A DNA stretch of 32,782 nt from Octopus sinensis (lineage: Eukaryota): contig NW_021827509.1 in assembly GCF_006345805.1 (NCBI RefSeq), positions 1 through 32,782 on the forward strand. Direction: 5' to 3'. Positions 1 to 9,776 of this stretch are shown here, one piece after another. Position 1 is the first letter of the stretch. Every line of letters starts with the position of its first letter. The notes below the pieces were generated by a model that was given only the letters and a program-made list of their open reading frames with translations, had not been told where the DNA came from and did no database searches. The translations under genes were made by a program, and so were the position numbers.

Positions 1-191
1 GTGCTATATATGCAAGCTGGGACTTCGAAATTGGTAAAAAAATCACTCAATATGTGACCTAAACGTGTATTGCTTTGGAGAAGCTGAAATCCATTGATTC
101 GCAACTCTGAGTTTCAAGTCACCTTGTTATTCAGACGACTGACGTAGAGAGATATTTATTTATTAAACACGCGCTGAACAACTCATTTTCA

Positions 192-978
192 TCAGGTTTA
201 GTAAAAAGTAAGCAATGTTTTGAACCATGAAGAATTTGTACCGGATTTTTGCAGGATTTTGAACTTTTTTAAACATTTTTTGCAACTGTCTGATAATACA
301 AACATAGACTTACCCAAATGCATCAATAAATTAACATTGATATTTTTTCCACCGTTGTTACAATCATCTGAAATGGAACTGTCAAAGCGCGATATTCGAG
401 CAATTTTGCTATTCAACTTCAAAAAAGACGTAAAGCAGCTGAAACTGGTCGCGATATCAACGAAACATTTGGTGAGGAAATGACCAGTGAATGGTCAGCT
501 CGAAAATGGTTTAAACGATTTCGCAGTGGAGACCCGAGCCTTGAAGATCGTGAGCGTAGTGGATGCCCATCTTTCATTGATGACGGTCAGTTAAAGACTG
601 TCATCGAGAAACATCCACGTAAAACCACTTGAGAACTGACAAAAGAACTTCAAGTTAACCAGAAAACTGCCTGCAACCGTTTGCATGCGATCAGAAAATC
701 AAAAACCTCGACAAATGGGTACCATACGATTTGAACGAAAATCAGAAAATGTGCAGATATGAAATTTGCTCGTCACTTCTTCTCCATAACCCGACCGATC
801 CATTTCTCGACCGTATTGTAAAATATTTTTTATGTTACCGGAATAAACAAATTTGTAATTCGTTGGGAAAAATGTGTTGATTGTAACGGTACTTACTTTG
901 ATGAATAAAATTTCTGCATTGTTGAAATATATTGCGATAAATTTCGTGTTTCAAAATGTTGTTTACTTTTCACTTAGC

Positions 979-982
<4 letters not shown>
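192..982 (+). mobile_element. Internally deleted mariner (Tc1/mariner) element with both TIRs
   Basis: TIRs 192-226 (tcaggtttagtaaaaagtaagcaatgttttgaacc) and 948-982 are imperfect reverse complements. The right end is followed by TA that runs into a (TA)n tract. A transposase remnant lies inside. Confidence 0.9.
373..908 (+). pseudogene. Mariner transposase pseudogene: N-terminal HTH region joined to C-terminal tip, catalytic core missing
   Basis: Across frameshifts it reads MELSKRDIRAILLFNFKK / RKAAETGRDINETFGEE..ARKWFKRFRSGDPSLEDRERSG / KLDKWVPYDL (WVPHEL motif) ..FLDRIV. At ~820 it jumps to FYVTGINKFVIRWEKCVDCNGTYFDE*. Confidence 0.88.
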
Positions 983-1014
<32 letters not shown>

Positions 1015-1015
<1 letters not shown>

Positions 1016-1216
1016 TTTATTTTAAGCAGCAGAAAATTCAACAAAATCTGTTACTCTGAGTTTCTCGTTGCCATTCGTCTGATGAACGGCAACGAGAAAC
1101 TCAGAGTAACAGATGATTTTGTTGAATTTTGCTGCTTAAAATAAAGCATATTACTCTACCACTGGTATTTGAGTACTCTTTTTTTCCACCTTGTTTCACA
1201 TTTAGGTGTTACTCCG
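1015..1216 (+). mobile_element. PLE-LTR-like fragment with 5' inverted arm (hairpin 1015-1146); second copy ~2017-2222
   Basis: 1015-1078 is the near-perfect reverse complement of ~1081-1146. The fragment carries a hammerhead-like core and has (TA)n on both sides. Confidence 0.65.
1079..1110 (+). ncRNA. Type I hammerhead-like motif, degenerate (second copy 2076-2113)
   Basis: CTGATGA-ACG GCAA CGA-GAAA-CTC A GAG-TA. Stem III is the palindrome ACTC-A-GAGT with a GUA site. Stem II is 2 bp with a GCAA loop but has an A.A mismatch at 10.1/11.1. Stem I is 2 bp in copy 1 and 4 bp (TCGT/ACGA) in copy 2. Confidence 0.5.
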
Positions 1217-1981
1217 GCTATATATATATATATATATATATATATTCGTATGCTAAAATTACGTAATGTTTTTACATTCAATCTCGTATCTCAAAAATTA
1301 ATTTGGCATATTATAATGATAATTAAACAAAAACTTTTTCCAATTTTTTTTTTTACCTCTGCAATTTCACGAAAACTATCTTTTCACATTGCATGCCAAT
1401 ATTCTGCAGTTATTAGTAATGAATACATGATATTTTGGTGTCTTTTTGCAGGTAAATAAATGAAAATATGTTATGTGCCTAACATTTGAATTTAGGAAAG
1501 CATGATACATTTATCGGTTTCGTTGCGTATTCAGTTAAATCCCTCTGTATACGCCCTTGCGAATATATTTGCTTATACTATGTCACGCTTCTTTCCCACT
1601 TGAAACATATGAATGAACGACAACATAAACTGAATTTTATAATTCATGGCGATTCAGATTTATAAACGGAACCAAAGGAAGCTTGGAACCAGATTGACGC
1701 AAAAGCTGCCAAGCTGGATTCCAAAGAATTGCAAAAGGAATAGGACAGGAACAGAAAAGAAAAAATGGAAATGAATCGAGAGAAAATAACTGACAAAAAT
1801 AAAACTCAGGCCAGAATGTTATCGCAAGATAAGAAGGGACATGTAACATGAGGTGAGAGAACAGTGGCGGATTATATACTGTATATGTGTGTGGATCCGC
1901 GTGAATATGTTCGCCCGCACACGTGTTTGTAAATACGTGTATATGTATGTACGTTATGGTATATATATGTATGTATATATG

Positions 1982-2016
<35 letters not shown>

Positions 2017-2981
2017 CTTATTTTAAGCAGCAGAAAATTCAACAACACTCTTTACTCTGAGTTTCTCGTTGCCATTCGTCTGATGAACGGCAACGAGAAA
2101 CTCAGAGTAACGATTTTGTTGAATTTTCTGCTGTTAAAATAAAGCATATTACTCTACCACTGGTATTTGAGTACTCTTTTTTTCCACCTTGTTTCACATT
2201 TATGTGTTTTACTAACCTCCGGTCTATATATATATATATAATAATATATTCGTATGCTAAATTACGTAATGTTTTTACATTCAATCTCGTATCTCAAAAA
2301 TTAATTTGGCATATATAATGATAATTAAACAAAAACTTTTTCCATTTTTTTTTTTACCTCTCAATTTCACGAAAACTATCTTTTCACATTGCATGCCAAT
2401 ATTCTGCAGTTATTAGTAATGAATACTGATATTTTGGTGTCTTTTTGCAGGTAAATAAATGAAAATATGTTATGTGCCTAACATTTGAATTTAGGAAAGC
2501 ATGATACATTTATCGGTTTCGTTGCGTATTCAGTTAAATCCCTCTGTATACGCCCTTGCGAATATAATTTTGCTTATACTAGATCACGCTTCTTTCCCAC
2601 TTGAAACATATGAATGAACGACAACATAAACTGAATTTTATAATTCATGGCGATTCAGATTTAAAACGGAACCAAAGGAAGCTTGGAACCAGATTGACGC
2701 AAAAGCTGCCAAGCCTGGATTCCAAAGAATTGCAAAAGGAATAGGACAGGAACAGAAAAAGAAATATATGGAAATTGAATCGGAGAAAATAACTGACAAA
2801 AATAAAACTCAGGCCAGAATGTTATCGCAAGATAAGAAGGTGGCATGTAACATGAGGTGAGAGAACAGTGGCGGATTATATACTTGTATATGTGTGTGGA
2901 TCCGCGTGAATATGTTCGCCCGCACACGTGTTTGTAAATACGTGTATATGTATGTACGTTTATGGTATATATATGTATGTA

Positions 2982-3028
<47 letters not shown>

Positions 3029-3124
3029 TCATAATTTTTTTATATATACTCATAATTTTAAATTGAAGAAAATATTGTTATCGTATCAAAAATTGTTTAC
3101 AAATATTTTACAAACATATATTGG

Positions 3125-3635
3125 TTAGTCCACATCATTCCGTATGGAGCATTGGATTGTTATCATTTCAAGCCAGAGGACACAATCTTTGATTTCACAC
3201 TAAAATAGTCCGATTGCTTTCGCTTCATACTCCATGTATCCTTTCTAGGATTCCTTAGGTCGCCCAAAGTACCTCTTTCCTTCAGGTTGCCAGGCTGAAA
3301 CAATTCTCTTGAAACAATTCCAGCCCATTTCATTTTCGGAATATTTTGATTGATGGTTGTTTTGTTCATTGAAACAGACTTTTGTTGGCAATTTTGTCTC
3401 TCTGCCAGATCTTGAAGATGCAGCGCAAACATCGTTAACAAAGGTCTGCAGCTGACTCTTTATGGCGTTGGTGACCCTCCAAGTTTCTGACACGTACAGA
3501 AGAATGGCTTTGAGGCTGGAATTGAAGATGCGGGGGTTTTGTTTTGAGGGAGATGGCTTTGCACCTCCAGACCAGTCGAAGACTCTTGAAAGCATACCAC
3601 GCCTGGCCGATGCAGAACCTCACATCCTCCTCAGT
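3125..3635 (-). pseudogene. RTE-clade LINE ORF 3' fragment
   Basis: Across frameshifts it reads TEEDVRFCIGQAWYAFKSLRLVWRCKAISLKTK / IFNSSLKAILLYVSETWRVTNAIKSQLQTFVN / WQPEGKRYFGRPK / EAKAIGL..CSIRNDVD*. This matches the post-RT C-terminus of RTE elements. Confidence 0.88.
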
Positions 3636-3795
3636 TGGGACAGTTGTAAAGCAAGTAGAAGATCTCTGTTATGCCGATGAATGAGAACTGATACCATTTA
3701 ACCATCGGAATATGCAATCCAAGGTTACGAAGTCAACTGAAGGGGCAATAGAAACGGGCTTCCGAGCGAAACAGAACGAATACATATGGATATGA
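3633..3795 (+). pseudogene. Inverted RTE reverse-transcriptase fragment (YADD region)
   Basis: Plus strand reads TVVKQVEDLCYADE*ELIPFNHRNMQSKVTKSTEGAIETGF, similar to the RTE motif LEDLDYADD..SHNHxDMQxK. Confidence 0.75.
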
Positions 3796-3806
3796 ATTTT
3801 GATATT

Positions 3807-4124
3807 TCTTCTACTATAGCCTCGGGCCGACCAAAACCTTCTGGGCGGATTTGGTAGACGGAAACTGAAAGAATCCCGTCATATATATATATTTATATAT
3901 ATATATATGCGTGTATGTGTGTTAGTTGGTTCGTTCTCTCCTCAACATCGACAACCGATGCTGATGTGTTTACGTCCCCGTAACTTAGCGGTTCAGCAAA
4001 AAGAGGCCGGTAGAATAAGTACTAGGCTTACAAAGAATAAGTCCTGGGATCGATTTGCTCGCTAAAGGAGGTGCTCTAGCATGGCCACAGTCAAATGACT
4101 GAAACAAATAAAAGAATAAAAGAA
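3807..4124 (+). mobile_element. tRNA-derived SINE (octopus OR/CORE-like family), 5'-truncated
   Basis: Has the cttctactatagcctcgggccgacc core, an internal microsatellite and the 3' tail gtgctctagcatggccacagtcaaatgactgaaaca(aataaaag)n. Same family as 16936-17354. Confidence 0.85.
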
Positions 4125-4172
4125 AAAATATATGTATATATATATATATATATCTATATATATTATATATTA

Positions 4173-4219
<47 letters not shown>

Positions 4220-4339
4220 TATAAAATAGTAAAAAGTGAAAAAACTACAGAAGGCTTGTTTAAAGGTTAAAAAATATATATTTGAGTCAATATGTCTGAA
4301 GAATGTTATAAATTTTTTTCTTACAATGACATAGTTTAG

Positions 4340-4379
4340 AAGAAATGACCGGTTTCGCGTTCAGCTTTTCAAATTTCTT
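4340..4379 (-). ncRNA. Type I hammerhead ribozyme, U3-A8 core variant
   Basis: Minus strand: AAGAAAT-TTGAAAA-GC TGAAC GC-GAAA-CCGG-TC-ATTTCTT. Perfect 7-bp stem I, 2-bp stem II, palindromic stem III ACCGGT and a GUC site. Confidence 0.75.
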
Positions 4380-4381
4380 AC

Positions 4382-4435
4382 ATCGTTATGTTTACGTTGA
4401 GAAGAGTTATCGTTATGTTTATGTTGAGAAGAGTT
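4382..4435. repeat. 27-bp tandem duplication in the PLE 3' region
   Basis: atcgttatgttta(c/t)gttgagaagagtt x2 (4382-4408 and 4409-4435). Confidence 0.9.
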
Positions 4436-5362
4436 CCAGATAAGGGGAAGTAATAAGTGATTTCTTCCGATGTAAGGGAGATAATCGCTTAAAATTTTTG
4501 TCTTTCCTTTGGAGTGAATTTCTCTGTATAAGTATGTTGGAATGGTTAAGTCTGGGCTTGTACTTCTCAATGAAGAATGTTTCCTTGTTTAGTCTAATTT
4601 GTGTTGGTGTTCCGATAGCACATTGGTAAAATGGAAAGATTAAAAATTGTGGTAGTAGTTGCTTTGCGCATTTCTCAATGTGCTTACTAAAGGGTATCAT
4701 TCTGTATTCTGGGAATGCAATCTGTTGTCGGTGCAGTGTGCATCTACGTCTGAGTGATAGTCCCGTGGATCCCACGTAGTCTTGGTGGCAGCCCGAGCAT
4801 TTTATGACATAAATTATGTTTTCAGAGGCACAAGTAAAATTAGATTTGATCTTAAATTTCTGTCCATCTTTGAAGAGGAATTCTGATCCTTCTAGCAGGT
4901 TTGGACATGTTGCACAGTTCGATCTACCACATTTTTTACTTTTGCATCCGTAATTTCCGAAAACAATTTTGCCTTTGTGAGAATCTTTTTAAGTGATTTA
5001 GGTTGTTTGTAGCTCTTAATGATTTGGTGTATGTTTAGAATTTCCTTTAATTTGGGGTCCTTATGAAGTATTGGTAAATTCTGGGTGATGATGGGGAAGG
5101 CTTCTTTGTTTCTGGGGTTGTATGTAGATATGTAAGGTAGTATTTTCGGGGAAGGTGTGTTGTTGTGTTGAACTTTTCTTAAAGTTTCTATGTTGATTTC
5201 TGTTGCACGTCTGATCCCATCCTCTATGAGTTGAGCTGGGTAATGTCTGTCAATTAGGGTGTTTTTGAGTTCTTGCAGTCTAAAGTTCCTGGTATTTTGT
5301 TCTGACACTATTGTGCATATCCTTCTTGCAAGGTTGAAGGGGATGTTTGTTTCAGTGTGTTT
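4419..5362 (-). pseudogene. PLE polyprotein C-terminal portion with GIY-YIG endonuclease (one frameshift at the T-run 4932-4937)
   Basis: Track ORFs 4892..5308 and 4419..4775 join into one frame if the A6 run is read as A7. The GIY-YIG motif is seen as IIY..DYVG. Confidence 0.88.
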
Positions 5363-5472
5363 GCACAGTTCGGTCTATCATATTTTTTTTACTTTTGCAT
5401 CCGTAATTTCAGAAAACAATTTTGCCTTTGTGAGAATCTTTTTAAGTGATTTAGGTTGTTTGTAGCTTTTAA

Positions 5473-6027
5473 TGAAAGGAACAAGAAAAAATAGACAGAG
5501 AGAGAATAAAAAACTTTTGGGGTTAGCGGTCAAGCATGGCGACTGGTTGGAAAAGAAGGGTGCCAATGAAGAGAGAAGGTGGGTAAGAGTGAAGCGAGGA
5601 AGTAGGTGTCAGAGGAAGAGAGGAGAAGAAACGTGGGTAGGAGTGAAGAGAACTTTTATGGTGCTTATAGCTGGAAAACAATACCATTCTATTGTAATAA
5701 TACTTAAAATTTCTTCTATCAAACTTACACTGTTCTCGGTTCTGTTTATGGCTTCGGCTATCAACAGAGTTTAAGGCATCTAGCCTCATCTAGCCGACGA
5801 GGACTAACCAGATTTACAATAACAAGCATATTCTGGAAAGTCCGAAAATCGAGTACTAGGTTATCCACTTTTCTCTGGCGTTTCTCCTAGTAGTAAGACG
5901 AAATTTTTTTTATATTCGCTTCCCGCACACGTATTTGCCCCTATACATTCAACGAAGCTTTACAATAGCGTCGTACGGTTATCGACTTCTATTTCCAGCA
6001 AAGAGTGGTACCTTGTGCCACTATTTC

Positions 6028-6030
<3 letters not shown>
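5473..6030 (+). mobile_element. PLE-LTR/retrozyme-like fragment in opposite orientation to the PLE ORF
   Basis: Contains the hammerhead-like motif at 5788-5861. Its 3' part (gaagctttacaatagcgtcgta..tatttccag..ggtac..ttgtgcca) resembles 21920-22000. It ends in (TA)n. Confidence 0.6.
5788..5861 (+). ncRNA. Type I hammerhead-like motif with long stem II (U4C core change)
   Basis: ATCTAG-CCGACGA-GGACT aa CCAGA..TCTGG aa AGTCC-GAAA-ATCGAG-TA-CTAGGT. 6-bp stem I, 5+5-bp stem II, near-palindromic stem III and a GUA site. Confidence 0.62.
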
Positions 6031-6102
<72 letters not shown>

Positions 6103-6399
6103 GTGTGTGTGTATGCATTTATACATATTTAACAAAGTATATGAAACTAAGGATGTGTAAATATATATACAATACATATATGTGTGTGTTACTGTGTACG
6201 TGTGTATGTATATGTTTTTAAAAATACATATAATACATACATAGTTGAATTTAGGTTGAAGCTACTGCACTAGTAGCAACAACAACAACATGCTAATATC
6301 AATCTGTTTCATTTCAGTTTTCCAATGAAGGAATATGAGGAAATAGAATCTCAGATTTCATCACGTGTTTCTGTAGGAAATATTAAGTAAACTCACCCG

Positions 6400-6425
6400 T
6401 CCTGTGATGTTGTTGTTGTTATTAA

Positions 6426-6477
<52 letters not shown>

Positions 6478-6505
6478 ATTTTTACTATTATTTTTATTAT
6501 TATTA

Positions 6506-6590
<85 letters not shown>

Positions 6591-6605
6591 CATTATAATT
6601 TTTAC

Positions 6606-6702
<97 letters not shown>

Positions 6703-6881
6703 TATTTCATGAACGACAACAACGACAACGTCGATGGTGATGATGATCATCATCATGATCATCGTGATGATGATGATGATGATGATGATGGTGTTGGTGT
6801 TGGTGGTTAAGGTTGGTTGATGTTATGGTTTTGTTGCTGTTGATTCAGAGTAGGCAGACAGATATGTAAACAGACAGTTAG

Positions 6882-6970
<89 letters not shown>
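6400..6970. repeat. Compound microsatellite block (TGT/TAT/TAG/ACA/GAT/GGT, then GA)
   Basis: Read directly from the sequence. Explains the poly-N, poly-I, poly-T and SL ORFs in the track. Confidence 0.97.
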
Positions 6971-6973
<3 letters not shown>

Positions 6974-7067
6974 CAGAGACAACCAGAGAAATACACATAC
7001 ATTCGTTCGTTCATACATACATACGTATCTATATAGCCATCTATATCTGTAGCACATTTTGGAATCA

Positions 7068-7111
<44 letters not shown>

Positions 7112-7114
<3 letters not shown>

Positions 7115-7479
7115 TTTTATTCTTTTATTTGTTGCAGTCATTTAACTGCGGCCACGCTGGACCACCGCCTTCAATCGAACAAACTGACCCCTGGATTTAT
7201 TCTTTGTAAGGCTAGTATCGGCCTCTTTTGCCAAACGGCTCATTTACGGGGGACGTAAACTCACGAACATCGGTTGTCAAGCGATGGTGGGGGAGAAACA
7301 CAGACACAATCATATACATATATTTTTTTCTGTTTCCGTCTGCCAAATCCACTCAAAAGGCTTTGGTCGAACCGAGGCTATAGTAGAAGACACTTGCCCA
7401 AGGTGCCATGCAGTGGGACTGAACCCGGAGCAATGTGGTTGGTAAGCAAGCTACTTACCACAAATCCACTCCTGCGCCT
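7112..7479 (-). mobile_element. Near full-length tRNA-derived SINE (OR/CORE-like)
   Basis: Minus strand has the head aggcgcaggagtgg..ggttcagtcccactgc, the core caccttgggcaagtgtcttctactatagcc and a (aataaaag)n tail. Confidence 0.9.
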
Positions 7480-7551
7480 ATCTTATACACACATATACAT
7501 ATATATATTTAAGTATGTATGTATGCAGTTTGTATACGTGTATATGTAAAT

Positions 7552-7893
7552 TAAAGGCTGACCCCCTTCGGTCATGAATGACCATGGGTTTGCAACTAGA
7601 AATTTACTCTCCGAGGCACAAGTCCGAACAAGGTTGTTTATGGAAGAACAGCAGTTGCCCATGCATACCAGCCACGCCTTTCCACGCCACCGATGCTATC
7701 CAAGAGAAAGGCAAAGGGGCCGATGCAGCTTGGCACCAGTGACATCGCAACTCATTTCTACAACTGAGTGAACTGGAGCAATGTGAAATAAAGTGTCTTG
7801 CTCAAGAACACAACACGCAGCCCGGTCCGGGAATCGAATTCACAACCTCACCATCGTAAGCTCGATGCCCTAACCACTGAGCCGTGCGCCTTC
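7552..7893 (-). mobile_element. tRNA-derived SINE, second family
   Basis: Minus strand has an A box (ggctcagtgg), a B-box-like gaattcgattcc, then tgttgtgttcttgagcaagacacttt and cactcagttgtagaaatgagt central boxes. Confidence 0.8.
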
Positions 7894-8129
7894 ATATCTG
7901 AGTAAAATGCTCTAAAACAATGTATGCATATTTATGTTCACTATGTGCTCTACATATGACAGCTACGTAAAGAGAAACATTGAATTTTGTGGAAAATATT
8001 GAACAATAGCTTCGTTGGGTTGAAGCAAGCATTATTTGTTTGCATTTGTGATAGGGTAACAGGAAGTCTGAACGTTGGTGTGGATAGATTTCAGAATGTT
8101 CTTCGGTTGATATACACTGGAGTTGTGAA

Positions 8130-8445
8130 TTCTTGGTCAGGAAGAAGAAGGAGGAGGAGGCGGAGAAGGGGAGGAAGATGACGAAGAATTTGGGAGTGCC
8201 TTGATTGTAGTATTTTGAATGGTCAGTAGAGGCTAGCAGTTGCTGTTCAATTCATGAAAATATATCTATTGAAAGTTTTGCTTATAGAATTTGCGTAGGT
8301 GTTATACTAAAAAGCATTAGTGATAAAGTTAGGAAGGAGAAGGAAGGAGAAGGGGGAGAAGAAGAAGAAGAAGAAGAAGAAGAAGAAGAAGAGAAGAAGA
8401 AGAAGAAGAAGAAGAAGAAGAAGAAGAAGAAGAAGATGAAGAAGA
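8130..8445. repeat. (GAG)n/(GAA)n purine tracts
   Basis: Read directly from the sequence. Confidence 0.95.
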
Positions 8446-8459
8446 ATATGAATGAGTGA

Positions 8460-8929
8460 AAGTAGTGAGGTGTTGGATGACTTAAAGTTGGCACGTTATG
8501 GATTATAGCAGTGATTGGAGCTGATTTTTAATGGATTCTTAGGAATGTAATATTTGCGTGTGTATTTGTGTTATTCTAAGGCCGAGATGGATATGTCGTT
8601 TGTCGTAGTCGCGTTCAGAAGGGGCCTGTATTTTGTAATAAAGAGAGTTTCTTTACTAATTCGTTGCCTCCAGGTTGTTTGTCCCTGAATTGGTAGAGGG
8701 GGAAAATCTTGATGCTTGGAGTTTTGTTGTTGGCGCAAATGTCTATGTATAGAGGTGGGTGTTACTGTAGCTTGTAGCCCCAGGAGAACATCGTCTCCAG
8801 CTGGCTTTAGGTACACTAAGGGCACAGAAAGTGTGCCTAAGCCAGCTGGAGACGATGTTCTCCTGGGGCTACAAGCTACAGTTACACCCACCCTTAGTGG
8901 TTAGCCATATTGAGATGGCTAGTATACCT

Positions 8930-8935
<6 letters not shown>
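8460..8935 (-). mobile_element. Second PLE fragment: GIY-YIG C-terminal tip plus inverted LTR-like segment
   Basis: Minus strand ~8755-8610 reads HIDICANNKTPSIKIFPLYQF / TTWRQRISKETLFITKYRPLLN, homologous to the end of the 4419-4775 ORF. Hairpin arms are 8754-8807 and 8839-8892. 8820-8935 resembles 31315-31430. Confidence 0.8.
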
Positions 8936-8991
<56 letters not shown>

Positions 8992-9009
8992 ATATAATAT
9001 ATATGTATG

Positions 9010-9048
<39 letters not shown>

Positions 9049-9274
9049 CATACATGTATGTATCTGTTTATCTATCTGTCTATTTATCTATCTATTTATT
9101 TATCTATCTATATTTATTCATCCATCAAATTACCTCCCCCCCACACACACATACACATATATATATACAGTGTATATATATATATATGTGTGTGTGTGTA
9201 TATACATATATATATATATAAAGAGAGAGAGATGGAGATATGTATATTTACATGCACATTTGTATACATATATA

Positions 9275-9398
9275 CTCTTTTCCTCTTTTACTTGTTTCAG
9301 TAATTTGACTGTGGCCATGCTGGAGCACCACCTTTAGTCGAGCAAATCGCCCCCAGGACTCATTCTTTTGCAGAACCGCTAAGTTACGGGGACGTTGC
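9275..9398 (-). mobile_element. SINE 3' fragment (OR/CORE-like)
   Basis: Reverse complement of the gtgctccagcatggccacagtcaaat..gaaacaagtaaaag tail. Confidence 0.85.
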
Positions 9399-9433
9399 AT
9401 ACCTATTTAGACAAAGGGAAGCACAGACATACG

Positions 9434-9497
<64 letters not shown>

Positions 9498-9516
9498 ATG
9501 TATATATATATATATG

Positions 9517-9564
<48 letters not shown>

Positions 9565-9569
9565 TACAC

Positions 9570-9600
<31 letters not shown>

Positions 9601-9608
9601 ATATATAT

Positions 9609-9652
<44 letters not shown>

Positions 9653-9776
9653 CAATTAAGGACAACTACTTAATAAGGAAAACTTAACAAGAAATTGTCA
9701 GGTAGATAGCGTGAAAACTCATAAGAGAAAAAATTTCGAAAATAATTATTCTTATTGAACATATTAATTATATATA

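Larger units (their letters stand above)
1013..2995. repeat. ~1.0-kb tandem duplication (units ~1013-1985 and ~2015-2995) bounded by (TA)n
   Basis: Colinear near-identical units at an offset of ~1000 bp (e.g. CTGATGA at 1079 and 2080). They differ by scattered small indels. Confidence 0.93.
4226..5472 (-). mobile_element. Penelope-like element 3' part (RT C-terminus, Cys linker, GIY-YIG endonuclease, 3' LTR-like region)
   Basis: Reads KHTETNIPFNLARRICTIVSEQ..ILPYISTYNP..KSYKQPKSLKKILTKAK, then after one homopolymer frameshift CGRSNCATC..NIIYVIKCSGCHQDYVGSTG..RRRCTLHRQQI..KETFFIEKYKPRLN. A hammerhead lies downstream. The C-x4-C-x2-C linker suggests a Neptune-type PLE (inference). Confidence 0.93.
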
